DNA from: an uncultured Solirubrobacteraceae bacterium
Lineage (GTDB): Bacteria; Actinomycetota; Thermoleophilia; Solirubrobacterales; Solirubrobacteraceae
Direction of reading: 5' to 3'
NCBI GenBank assembly: GCA_963843865.1
Contig: CAWJMO010000020.1
Coordinates: 46,553 to 110,552, forward strand
DNA: 64,000 nt
Shown: positions 10,093-21,410 of the stretch, in pieces
How positions within the stretch are numbered: position 1 is the stretch's first letter
How the letters are laid out: every line of letters begins with the position of its first letter
Notes under the pieces: generated by a model
Seen by the model: the letters and a program-made list of their open reading frames with translations, nothing else
The model's database searches: none
Told to the model about the DNA's origin: nothing
Position numbers and translations under genes: made by a program

Positions 10093-12195
10093 TCAGCCGG
10101 TCGTCACGGCGGTGTCGTCGACGACGAAGCTGGTCTGGAGCGAGGAGTCCTCGACACCGCTGAACTTCAGGGTGACGGTAGGAGCCGGCGTACGAGGACA
10201 GGTCGAAGGACTTCTGGGCGTACCCGGAGGCCTTGTTGAGGTTGGAGTAGGTGGCCAGGGTGGTACGAGCCGGCGGTGACCGTCAGCTTGTCGTAGGCCG
10301 TGCTGCTGGAGGTCTCCGCGGTGTCGACGTGCAGGTAGAAGGTGAAGGTCGGCCTTGCAGCCGGTCGGGATCGTCACCGACTGGGACAGCGTGTCGGTGT
10401 GGGTGGAGCCGTAGCCGTCGAGCCAGGCGTAGTACGAACCGGCGTGCGCCGACTCGCCGCTGTCGTTGGTGATGACGCCCGCTGGAGGCGGTCCAGGTGG
10501 TGTTGCCCGGACTCGAAGCCCGGCGTTGCCGAGGAGCTGGGCCGAGGTGCAGCTGCCGCCGCCGGAGGTGCTGACCGTCCAGGTGAAGGAGGCCGAGCCG
10601 GAGGCGCCGGTGGAGTCGGTCGCGGTGACGGTGACGCTGGTACGTGCCGGCGGTGGACGGCGGTGCCGGAGATCAGGCCGGTCGAGCTGCTGATCGACAG
10701 GCCGGTCGGCAGCCCGTCGCGCTGTAGGTGAGGGTCGCGCCCGCGCTAAGTCGCTCGCGCGAGATCTGCAGGCTGCGCCGAGCAGCCGGTCGCGGTGGAC
10801 TGGCTGCCCGGGTTGGTGACGGTCACCGTGTTGCCGCGTGCTGGTGCCGGAAGTGAAGGCGGTGGTGCCGTTCGGGGTGCCCCAGCCGGTCGGGCCGTCG
10901 TAGCCGGTGCTCGCGGTGCAGAAGTAACGCGTGGAAGCAGGAGCCGTTGTTGCCGCTGGTGACGTCGTACAGGTTGCTGGTGTGGGAGTAGGGGTACTTC
11001 GCCGGGTAGTCGCTGGAGCCCGGGGTGCCGGCGAGCGCGTAGACGCCGGCGATGATCGGGGACGAGGCGCTGGTGCCGCCGTAGACGGCCCAGCCGAGAG
11101 CCGCCGTAGGTGTCGTACACGGCCACGCCGGTGGCGGGGTCGGCGACGGCGGAGACGTCGGCGACTCCATGCGCTTGGTGCAGCCGGTGTCGGTCTGCCA
11201 GCTCGGCTTCGCGTCGTAGGCCGAGCAGCCGGAGCCGGTGCCCTCGCTGCTGCTGGTCTTCCACACGGACTCGGTCCAGCCGCGGGAGCTGGAGGACGTG
11301 CGACAGCGCGGTGCCGCCGACGGCGGTCACGTACTGGGAAGTCGCCGGGTACTCGGCGCCGTAGGCCTCGTCACCGGAGCAGACGGTGATCGCGACGCCC
11401 GGGTGCTTGAAGTACGAGGTGTCCTCGCTAGGTCTGGGAGGAGGCCTCGTCGCCGCCCCAGCTGTTGGAGACGAACTTGGCGCCGAGCGGCCACGGCCTC
11501 GTTCTCGGCGGTGCCGAGGTCGGAGTCGGTGGCGGAAGTGGCCTCCACGAGGATGATGTTGCAGTTCGGGCAGACGGCGCATGACCATGTCGATGTCGAG
11601 CGCTCTCCTCGCCGGCCCAGCCGGTGTCGTTCGTCGGCAGCGAGGATGGTCGAGCCGGTCTGGCTGACCTGCTTGAAGCAGCCGTTGGCCACTGGTGCAG
11701 GCGGACAGGCCGAACGTTCGAGCGGTAAGTGGCCAGGTCGGAGGCGGCGTTGGGGTCGTTGTACGCGTCGACCACGGCGACCGTCAGGCCGGAGCCGCCG
11801 GTCGAGGGAAGCGTTGTACGCGCTGTGCAGGTTGGCCGGGCTGAGCCCGGAGACCGCGGCCGCGGCGTCCGCGTGCACGGCGGAGGCCAGCTGCTGCTTG
11901 ATGTCGGTGCGGCGCTGGGCGAAGCAGGACGCGTGACCGGGGGCCGCGGTGGCGCACAGGTGCTGCGGTCGGCACCTTCTGCCCGGCCTTGCCGGTCGAG
12001 TGGAACGTCTGGGCCGGCGGGGGAGGTGAGGGCCTTGGAGTTCTGGGTGACCTTGCGAGACCTGGAGTGGACTGGACGGCTGCCTGGGGCGGGCTGCGCG
12101 TCGGCGGGGGAGGCCGCGACGAGCCCGAAGACGCTGAGGGTGAGGGCGGGTATGGCGGCGGTCAGGAGTCTTCGCAGACTCCGTCGAAGACGAAG
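10093..12195 (-). CDS. secreted sedolisin-type (S53) serine peptidase with Ig-like and C-terminal beta-sandwich domains; many frame breaks; no canonical start found
   Basis: Signal peptide RRLLTAAIPALTLSVFGLVAASPADA. GSGLTVAVVDAYNDPNAASDLATYRS, GWAGEE..DIDMV, CPNCNIILVEA, GAKFVSNSWGGDE, VTAVGGT, DVSAVADPATGVAVYD and GGTSASSPIIAGVYAL. Then TYSATGLPTGLSISSSTGLISG / VTVTATDSTGASGSASFTWTV and LLGN.GFESG...TVTLKFSGVEDSSLQTSFVVDDTAVTTG. Family call is from motif memory. Confidence 0.7.
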
Positions 12196-12404
12196 CGTAT
12201 GACGTCGTAGTCCTTGATACAGCTGTCCGGCGGCCTGCCCGTGGCGACGTTCCAGACGGTCTGGAACAGGCACCCCGCCGTCAGGTACCACCCGGGCAGA
12301 TCGAGCGACGCGGTCCGCGACAGGACTTTGGTCAGTACGTCGTTGCGGGAGAGCACCGTGCGCAGGGACTCGAGTTGCTGGTCGAGAGGGAGACGGCTGA
12401 TCAC
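12162..12404 (-). pseudogene. nucleotidyltransferase-family (PF06042-like) gene fragment, N-terminal ~68 aa only
   Basis: MISRLPLDQQLESLRTVLSRNDVLTKVLSRTASLDLPGWYLTAGCLFQTVWNVATGRPPDSCIKDYD resembles the N-terminus of ~190-aa nucleotidyltransferases. Similarity stops about where the S53 signal peptide begins in another frame. Confidence 0.5.
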
Positions 12405-12432
12405 CCTCTCGATTTACCACAGCCGGGCGTCG

Positions 12433-13454
12433 TCAGAAGTCCTCGTCCAGGTCGACCGTGCCCTCCACCGCCACCTGGTACGCCGACGGCGCGGCGCTCG
12501 AAGAAGTTGGTCAGCTCCTGGACTCCCTGCAACTCCATGAAGGAGAAGGGGTTCTCGGAGCCGTAGACCGGGGCGAAGCCGAGGCGGGTGAGGCGCTGGT
12601 CGGCGACGCACTCCAGGTACTGGCGCATCGAGTCGGTGTTCATGCCCGGGCAGGCCGTCGCCGCACAGGTCGCGCGCGAACTGGAGCTCCGCCTCGACGG
12701 CCTCGCGCAGCATGTCCGTCACCTGCTGCTGGAGCTGGTCGTCGAAGAGGTCCGGCTCCTCCTTGCGGACGGTGTCGACCACGTCGAAGGCGAAGCTCAT
12801 GTGCATCGTCTCGTCCCGGAACACCCAGTTGGTGCCGGTCGCCAGGCCGTGCAGCAGGCCCCGGCTGCGGAACCAGTACACGTAGGCGAAGGCGCCGTAG
12901 AAGAACAGGCCCTCGATGCACGCGGCGAAGCAGATCAGGTTGAGGAGGAAGCGGCGGCGGTCGGACCTGGGTCTCCAGGCGGTCCAGCTTGTCGACCGAG
13001 TCCATCCACTTGAAGCAGAAGCTCGGCCTTCTCGCGGATGGAGGGGATGTTCTCCACCGCCTCGAAGGCCGCCGTGCGGTCCTCCGGGTCGGGAAGGTAG
13101 GTGTCCAGCAGCGTCAGGTAGAACTGGACGTGGACGGCCTCCTCGAAGAGCTGGCGCGACAGGTACAGGCGCGCCTCGGGGGAGTTGATGTGCTTGTAGA
13201 GGGTCAGCACGAGGTTGTTCGCGACGATCGAGTCGCCCGTCGCGAAGAACGCCACCAGGCGGCCGATCAGGTGCTGCTCGGCGGGCGTGAGCTTCGCGAG
13301 GTCGGTCGACGTCCGAGTGGAGGTCGACCTCCTCCACGGTCCAGGTGTTCTTGATGGCGTCCCGGTAGCGCTCGTAGAAGTCCGGGTAGCGCATGGGGCG
13401 CAGGGTCAGCTCGAAGCCCGGGTCGAGCAGGTTCTTACGGGTGGGGCTGGTCAT
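12433..13454 (-). CDS. nrdB: class Ia ribonucleotide reductase beta subunit (frame breaks)
   Basis: MTSPTRKNLLDPGFELTLRPMRYPDFYERY, FEEAVHVQFY, FFYGAFAYVYWF and RDETMH. C-terminus FFERR..SAYQVAVEGTVDLDEDF with its stop at the complement of 12433-12435 after correction. Confidence 0.9.
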
Positions 13455-15842
13455 TACTGGCAGGCCTCGCAGGACTCGGGGTTCTCAAGGGAGCAGGCGA
13501 CCGCATCCGGGTCGGCCGGCTGCTGTACGGGGACGGTGGTGGCCCGGGCCGCGCGGGCGATCCGCGTCGCCGGGCGGGAGCGCAGGTAGTACGTCGTCTT
13601 CAGGCCCTGCTTCCAGGCGTACGCGTACATCGAGGAGAGCTTGCCGATGGTCGGCGTCTCCAGGAACAGGTTCAGGGACTGGGACTGGTCCAGGTACGGG
13701 GTGCGGGCCGCGGCCATGTCGATCAGGCCGCGCTGCGGGATCTCCCACGCCGTGCGGTACAGCGCCCGTACCTCGTCCGGGATCCAGGCGAAGTCCTGCA
13801 CCGAGCCGTTGGCCTCGCGCAGGGCCTCGCGGGTGCGGGCGTCCCAGACGCCGAGCTCCTTCAGCTCGTTCACCAGGTACGAGTTGACCTGGAGGAACTC
13901 GCCGGACAGCGTCTCGCGCTTGAAGAGGTTGGAGACCTGCGGCTCGATGCACTCGTACACGCCCGCGATCGAGGCGATGGTGGCGGTGGGGGCGATCGCG
14001 AGGAGGAGGGAGTTGCGCATGCCGACCGTCGCGATGCGCTCGCGCAGGGCGGCCCAGCGCTCCGGCCAGGCGTGCTCCGTGTCGTAGTGGTCGGGGTGCA
14101 GGACGCCCCTGGCCGTACGGGTCTTCTCCCAGGCCGGCAGCGGGCCGTTGCGCTCGGCGAGGTCGGCGGAGGCCTCGTACGCGGCGAGCATGATGCGCTC
14201 GGCGATGCGGGTGGAGAGCCGGCCTGGGCCTCGGGGGAGTCGAAGGGCAGGCGCAGCTTGAAGAAGACGTCCTGGAGGCCCATCGCGCCGAGGCCGACGG
14301 GGCGCCAGCGCGCGTTGGAGCGGCCCGCCTGCTCGGTCGGGTAGAAGTTGATGTCGACGACGCGGTCGAGGAAGGTGACGGCCGTGCGGACGGTCTCGTC
14401 CAGCCGCTCCCAGTCGATGTCCTGACCGCGCCACGAACGCGCCCAGGTTCACCGAACCCAGGTTGCAGACCGCCGTCTCGCCGTCGTCGGTGACCTCCAG
14501 GATCTCCGTGCACAGGTTGGAGGAGTGGACGACGTGGCCCGGCTCGGCCGTCTGGTTGGCGGTGCGGTTGGCGGCGTCCTTGAAGGTCATCCAGCCGTTG
14601 CCGGTCTGCGCGAGGGTGCGCATCATGCGGCCGTAGAGGTCGCGGGCCGGGATGGTCCTGCGGGCGAGGCCCGCCGCCTCCGCCCTGCGGTACGCGGCGT
14701 CGAACTCCTCGCCCCACAGGTCGACCAGCTCGGGCACGTCGGCGGGGGAGAACAGGCTCCACGGCTCGTCGGCGTTCACCCGGCGCATGAACTCGTCGGG
14801 GATCCAGTGCGCGAGGTTCAGGTTGTGCGTACGGCGGGCGTCCTCACCGGTGTTGTCGCGCAGCTCCAGGAACTCCTCGATGTCGGAGTGCCAGGTCTCC
14901 AGGTAGACGGCGGCCGCGCCCTTGCGCCGGCCGCCCTGGTTCACGGCGGCGACCGAGGCGTCGAGGGTCTTCAGGAACGGGACGATGCCGTTGGAGTGCC
15001 CGTTGGTGCCGCGGATCAGCGAACCGCGGCTGCGGACGCGGGAGTAGGCGAGGCCGATGCCGCCGGCGTGCTTGGAGAGGCGGGCGACCTGGTGGTAGCG
15101 GTCGTAGATGGAGTCCAGCTCGTCGAGCGGGGAGTCGAGGAGGTAGCAGGACGACATCTGGGGGTGCCGGGTGCCGGAGTTGAAGAGCGTGGGGGAGGAG
15201 GGCAGGTAGTCGAGGCGGCTCATCAGGCCGTAGAGCGCGGCGACTTCGTCCAGCGCGGGCGCCCGTTTCCGAAGCGGGCGCGGTGTCCTCGGCGAGACCG
15301 GCGGCGACGCGCAGCATGAAGTGCTGGGGCGTCTCGATCACCCGGCGGGTGATCGGGTGCCGGAGCAGGTAGCGGCTGTGGAGGGTGCGCAGGCCGAAGT
15401 AGCCGAAGCGGTCGTCCGCCTCGGGGGTCGACGAGTGCGTCGAGGCGCGTCGGCGTGGACGCGGACGAACTCCGCGGTGCGGTCGGCGATGAGCCCTTCC
15501 CGGTGGCCCACGGCGACCGACTCGGTGAAGGAGGTGACGCCCTGTGAGGCGGCCTCCGCGGCGATGCTGATGGTGAGCAGACGCGCGGCCAGCCGCGAGT
15601 ACACGGGGTCCTCGGAGATGAGGCCGGCGGCCGCCTCCGTGGCCAGCTCGCGCAGCTCCGTCTCGTCCGCCTGCGCCGAGCGGCCGCGCAGCGCGGCGGC
15701 GGCGACCCGGCCGGGGTCGGCGTCGGGGAGGTCGGCGGTCAGCTCGGTCAGGGTCCGCAGCAGTGCGGTTCCCGGGCCGTCCGTTGTCGGCCGCTGTCGC
15801 GGACGGTGTCGCTGAAGCCGGTTCGGCTGGCGCGATGGTCAC
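13454..15842 (-). CDS. nrdA: class Ia ribonucleotide reductase alpha subunit (several frame breaks)
   Basis: The GTG start (complement of 15840-15842) follows GGGAGAG. ...YFGLRTLHSRYLLRHPITRRVIETPQHFMLRVA, PTLFNSGT, SSNLCTEI and C-terminal redox tail CSLENPESCEACQ. The TAA stop overlaps the nrdB ATG by one nt at 13454. Confidence 0.9.
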
Positions 15843-15899
15843 GTGGGGCTCTCCCTCGCTCGGCACGGGGCCTTGCGGAGGGCAGGGGGCATCACGAGC

Positions 15900-16090
15900 G
15901 CGCACGGCGTCGCGTCCACCGGCCCATTCCACGAGGCCCGGACGTCTGAGCACCCGGGCCGGTTCGGCCGGGCGCACTGTCGGCAGGTCCTCGGACTGAC
16001 GCCCATACGTGTGCGAACACGCATGAGTACACCGTTGCGGGACAGTTCCGGATTCGCACCGGATTCCCCTGCGACGACAGCGAGCATGAG
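15900..16090 (-). promoter_or_regulatory. cobalamin (B12) riboswitch in the nrdAB leader
   Basis: The minus strand reads GCAGGGGAATCCGGTGCGAATCCGGAACTGTCCCGCAACGGTGTA (complement of about 16028-16072). A B12-box-like GTCAGTCCGAGGACCTGCCG (complement of 15981-16000) follows, then a GC hairpin GGCCCGG..CCGGGCC before the RBS. Confidence 0.8.
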
Positions 16091-16155
16091 CATACATCTT
16101 GTGCCGGGCAGGAAAAGCAGCCCCATATGTTGTGTCGTGGCGACTTCGGAGCGTG

Positions 16156-16704
16156 TCAGAGCGTCAACTCATAGGTGAGCAGTGGTGAGGTCGGGGTCGT
16201 CCGGAAGCGGGATTCCAGTCCCGCGCCGGGGCGCGGACGAAGCCGAGGCGCCCGTAGATGCGGTGGGCGGTGTGCATCAGCCGCTGGGTCGACAGGACGA
16301 TGCCGCGTGCAGCCGTCCGCGGCCCGCGCCCGTCGATGCAGGCCCGGACGAGGGCCTCGCCGAGTTGCCGCGTCCCCGCGTCGCCCGCTGCGCGCCCGGC
16401 CGAGCATGCGTGATCTCGCGCCTCCCCGTCGGCCGCGGCCACGTCTGCCAGTGGGCCCGCCGGTCTGGCGACGTGAGGCTGACTCAGCCGAGCAGCTGGT
16501 CCGGCGTCCGCCGAGGGGCCGACCAGTGACGTCGGCCGAGTGCCGCCGGCGCTTGGCCAGCGGTTCCGCAGTTCGCCGAAGGGATCGGTCGCTCCTCGCC
16601 GAACGTCCAGTAGGCCGTCCTGCCGAGGTAGGCCTGGGCGGTGATCTCGCCGAGCAGTCTCGTACTCCGCCGGGGTCCCGCCTGCCGGAGTGCACGATGT
16701 CCAT
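16156..16704 (-). CDS. GNAT family N-acetyltransferase (frame breaks)
   Basis: MDIVH start (complement of 16702-16704). Core GEALVRACIDG..IVLSTQRLMHTAHRIYGRLGFVRAP in the 16164-16442 frame. Tail ...LLTYELTL in the 16156-16731 frame. Confidence 0.6.
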   Translation of the reverse strand: MDIVHSGRRDPGGVRDCSARSPPRPTSAGRPTGRSARSDRSLRRTAEPLAKRRRHSADVTGRPLGGRRTSCSAESASRRQTGGPTGRRGRGRRGGARSRMLGRARSGRRGDAATRRGPRPGLHRRARAADGCTRHRPVDPAADAHRPPHLRAPRLRPRPGAGLESRFRTTPTSPLLTYELTL

Positions 16705-16848
16705 GGGGCTCGAGTGTGGCGGACGGGTCACGACAGCGGGCCGCCGGATTTCTCCGACGGCCCGTCGCGGTCCGCCGCAGTTCCTACCGGTAGACCCCAG
16801 TGGTCCCGGCTGGACGTTCTCCAGGCCAGTCCCTCGTGGATGCGGCCC

Positions 16849-18476
16849 CTAGTGGGACGTCCCCGCGGTCGCCGGCGGCAGCTCCACCTGGACGCCCGCG
16901 TCGCCCGCGTCCGCCGTGTAGTCCTCCGGCCTGGTCTCGTCGATGCCCTCCGGGGCCTTCACGGCCTTGAGGACGAAGGTCAGGACCACCGTCACCACCA
17001 CGTTCAGGACGAACGCCGTCAGGCCGATGTAGCCGATCTCCCCGATGCCGGGGATCTCCTTGGCCGAGCCGCCGAAGTGCTTCTGCGTCGGCGAGGCGAC
17101 GCCGTACGCGGCGAGGGTGCCGTAGACCATGCCGACCGCCCAGCCCGCGAGCAGGGCCCAGCGGTGGAACCAGCGGGTGAACAGGCCGCCGACCAGGGCC
17201 GGGAAGGTCTGCAGGATCCAGATGCCGCCCAGGAGCTGGAAGTTGATCGCGACCGTCTTGTCCATGGTGAGGACGAAGACGAGCGCGCCCACCTTCACCA
17301 GCAGCGAGACCAGCTTGGAGACCTTGGTCTCCTGCGCCGGCGTCGCGTCCGGCCTGATGAAGTCCTTGTAGATGTTGCGGGTGAAGAGGTTCGCGGCCGC
17401 GATCGACATGATGGCCGCCGGGACGAGGGCACCGATGCCGATCGCCGCGAAGGCCACGCCCGCGAACCAGTCCGGGAACATGTTCTCGAACAGCTGCGGG
17501 ATCGCCAACTGCCCGTTGGTGACCTTGACTCCGGCCGCGATCGCCATGAAGCCCAGCAGGGCGAGGAGGCCCAGCATCAGGGAGTACAGCGGCAGGATCG
17601 TGGTGTTGCGGCGGATCACGTTGCGGCTCTTCGAGGACAGCGTCGCCGTGATCGAGTGCGGGTACATGAAGAGCGCGAGCGCGGAGCCCAACGCCAGTGT
17701 GGCGTACGTCCATTGGCCCGGTCTCGGCCGGCGCCAGCGCACCGCGCGGCTTGCCCGTCGCCGGGTTGGTCTGGGCGAACGCGTCGCCCGCCTTGGCGAA
17801 GATGTCGTCGAAGCCGCCCAGCTTGATCGGGATGTAGATGATCGCCACCGCGATGACGATGTAGATCAGCGCGTCCTTCACGAACGCGATCAGCGCGGGG
17901 GCCCGCAGACCCGAGGAGTAGGTGTAGGCGGCCAGCACGCCGAACGCGATCAGCAGCGGCAGGTCCTTCACGAACCAGTTGGTGTTCTCACCGCCGCCCA
18001 CGCCCATCACGTCCAGCACGGCCTGGATGCCGACCAGTTGGAGCGCGATGTACGGCATGGTGGCCAGGATGCCGGTGACGGCGACCGCCAGCGACAGGCC
18101 CTTCGAGCCGAAGCGGCCGCGCACGAAGTCCGAGGTCGTCACGTATCCGTGCCGGTGCGAGACCGACCACAGGCGGGGCAGGAACGTGAAGATCAGCGGG
18201 TAGACGAGGATGGTGTACGGCACCGCGAAGAAGCCGGCCGCGCCCGCCGCGTAGATCGCCGCCGGGACCGCCACGAAGGTGTAGGCGGTGTACAGGTCGC
18301 CGCCGAGCAGGAACCAGGTGACCCAGGTGCCGAACGACCGTCCGCCCAGGCCCCATTCGTCCAGGCTGCTCGTTCTCGGCCTTGCGCCAGCGGGCGGCCA
18401 GGAAGCCCATGGCCGTGACGGCCAGGAAGAAGAAGATGAAGACGCCGAGTGCGACGCCGTTCACGCCGTCGTTCAT
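16849..18476 (-). CDS. sodium:solute symporter family transporter (ActP-like cation/acetate symporter); frame breaks
   Basis: MNDGVNGVALGVFIFFFLAVTAMGFLAARWRKAE (17988-18476 frame). Long multi-TM segments lie in the 16784-18274 and 16849-17742 frames (GYVTTSDFVRGRFGS, MPYIALQLVG, LLGGIWILQTFPALVGGLF). Confidence 0.85.
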
Positions 18477-18736
18477 TCCGGCGCACCGCCCTTCTGCGAG
18501 GCGCGGGCGCGCTGGTCACGCTGCCACAGCTTGTACGCGGTCATCGTCAGCGCGGTGGAGATGAGCACCCACAGCATCTGGTACCAGTAGAAGAACGGGA
18601 TGCCGATGAACGCCGGGTCCGTCTTGGCGTAGGAGCCGACCCACAGCATCGCCACGAACGGTGCGATCAGGCAGAGGGCGATGACCACACGGACCGGTGT
18701 CACCACCGGTGGTCTCACTTCGGGCACTTCGGACAT
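18473..18736 (-). CDS. DUF3311-like small membrane protein, translationally coupled to the symporter
   Basis: MSEVPEV... has two hydrophobic helices (VVIALCLIAPFVAMLWV and FFYWYQMLWVLISTALTMTAY). Its stop overlaps the symporter ATG (ATGA, 18473-18476). Confidence 0.65.
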   Translation of the reverse strand: MSEVPEVRPPVVTPVRVVIALCLIAPFVAMLWVGSYAKTDPAFIGIPFFYWYQMLWVLISTALTMTAYKLWQRDQRARASQKGGAPE

Positions 18737-18757
18737 GTTGCGGCTCCGTCCCCTCAC

Positions 18758-18777
18758 GATCACCTGTGATCACCTGT
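18758..18777. repeat. perfect tandem 10-bp repeat GATCACCTGT x2 next to the RBS of the DUF3311-symporter operon
   Basis: 18758-18767 and 18768-18777 are identical and contain the palindrome GTGATCAC. The repeat lies 22 nt upstream of the start codon at 18736. Confidence 0.9.
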
Positions 18778-18801
18778 GTAATGCGCAGGCAATCTAGGTC
18801 A

Positions 18802-19746
<945 letters not shown>

Positions 19747-19784
19747 TCACATCGTGATCCCTTCTATATACCGTCGCCACCTCT

Positions 19785-19800
19785 TTTGGTCTAGTCCACA
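19785..19800. promoter_or_regulatory. DasR-responsive element (dre) TTTGGTCTAGTCCACA
   Basis: 12 of 16 positions match the published dre consensus ACTGGTCTAGACCACT. Lies in the dasR-dasA intergenic region. Confidence 0.7.
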
Positions 19801-19930
19801 AGGCCAAGTGGTCTAGCGGAAGAGAGTACTCCGGCCTCGCAGTTTTCGCTGGCTTCTTACTTAAAGGTTCCTGCATATGTAGGTCGCATAACAGCTGGTC
19901 AGGGCCTTTTCCGTCGCTCTTGACAGGCGT

Positions 19931-19946
19931 TTTGGTCTGGTCCAAG
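19931..19946. promoter_or_regulatory. dre-like site TTTGGTCTGGTCCAAG
   Basis: GGTCT..(G)TCCA core preserved; dasR-dasA intergenic region. Confidence 0.55.
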
Positions 19947-19954
19947 CTCCCGGT

Positions 19955-19970
19955 ACTGGTCTACACCATT
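19955..19970. promoter_or_regulatory. dre site ACTGGTCTACACCATT just upstream of dasA
   Basis: 14 of 16 positions match the dre consensus. A weaker overlapping copy, ATTGGTCCAGGTCCCG, lies at 19968-19983. Confidence 0.75.
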
Positions 19971-20024
19971 GGTCCAGGTCCCGGCCCATGGGCAGGGGGG
20001 TGTGGCATCCCTGAGGAGGGTGGC

Positions 20025-21310
20025 GTGAAGCGCAAGCTGACAGTCGCGATCGGTATCGCGGGCATGATGGTCTCCATCGCCGCGTGCGGCGGCAATGACG
20101 ACAACGGCTCTTCCAACAGCGGCGCGGACGCCAAGGAACTGACCGTCTGGCTCACCGTCGACGCCCAGAACAACTGGCCCGACCTGGTGAAGGCCGCCGA
20201 CGCCGCGGTGAAGAAGGCGCACCCGGGCATCAAGATCAAGCACGAGTACTACGGCTGGCCGGACAAGAACACCAAGCTCGACGCGGTCCTCGCCACCGAC
20301 AAGGCGCCGGACGTGGTCGAGATGGGCAACACCGAGATGCTCGGCTACATGGTCAAGGGAGCCTTCGCACCCGTGGACCCGCGAAGTTCACCAACTCCTC
20401 CGCCTGGCTGGACGGCCTCAAGGCCTCGGTGACCTACGACGGCAAGACCTATGGCGTCCCGTACTACGCCGGCGGCCGTGTCGCCAACTGGCGCAAGGAC
20501 GTGGTCGCCTCGGTCGGCGTCAAGACCCCACCGAAGACGTACACCGAGCTCACCGCCGACCTGGACAAGATCCAGAAGAAGGAAGGCGACAAGTTCTCCG
20601 CCTGGTACCAGCCCACCCGTGACTGGTACGCGGCCATGTCCTTCGTCTACGACGCCGGCGGCGCCATCGCCAAGGAGTCCGGCGACCAGTGGAAGGGCAG
20701 CCTCTCCTCGCCGGAGTCCATCAAGGGACTCAACGAGTTCAAGAGGGTCATCGACAGGTACATGCACGGCGACAAGACCAAGGACGAGTCCGACCGTTAC
20801 ATCGTGTACGGCCAGGGCAAGGCCGGCATGATCTTCGCTGCCGCGTGGGAGGGCGCGACCTCCGCCGACCCGAAGAACGACAAGACGGGCGGCAAGCTCA
20901 AGACCGACCTCGTCAACTTCGTGATGCCCGGCCCGTCCGGCAAGAACATGCCCGTGTTCCTGGGCGGTTCGGACCTGGCCATCCCGGTCAAGTCCAAGGC
21001 GCAGGCGCTCGCCGCCGAGTGGATCAACGCCTTCACCGGCCCCTCCGGCCAGAAGGGCCTGATGGCCAAGGGCAACCTGCCGAACAACAAGACCGACCTC
21101 GCGACGCTGAAGAGCGACCCCGCGACGGCGGTCCCGGCCACCGCGGCCGAGTCCAACTGGTTCGTCCCGATGGCGCCGGGCTGGGGCCAGGTCGAGAAGG
21201 CCCAGGTCCTCCAGACCATGCTGCAGAACATCGGCACCGGCAAGAAGTCGGTGGCGGACGCCGCGAAGGAAGCGGACGCCGCGATCGACAAGGTCATCAA
21301 CACCAAGTGA
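20025..21310 (+). CDS. dasA: chitobiose ABC transporter solute-binding lipoprotein (one frame break near 20.38 kb)
   Basis: GTG 20025 follows GAGGAGGG. VKRKLTVAIGIAGMMVSIAACGG (lipobox IAAC). The long 20429-21310 frame completes the protein. Position is between dasR and two permease genes. Confidence 0.9.
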
Positions 21311-21317
21311 CCTGAGT

Positions 21318-21361
21318 GCGGGGCCCTGTTGGCACCCGGGTCCTGCGGGGCGGGGCCCCGC
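21318..21361 (+). other. intercistronic stem-loop between dasA and dasB
   Basis: GCGGGGCCC (21318-21326) pairs perfectly with GGGCCCCGC (21353-21361). No T-tract follows. An mRNA-stabilising or partial-terminator role is inferred. Confidence 0.4.
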
Positions 21362-21410
21362 GACTCGTAGGAAGCACGGCCGTACGACCTGAGGGATCGC
21401 CGAGGAGCGC

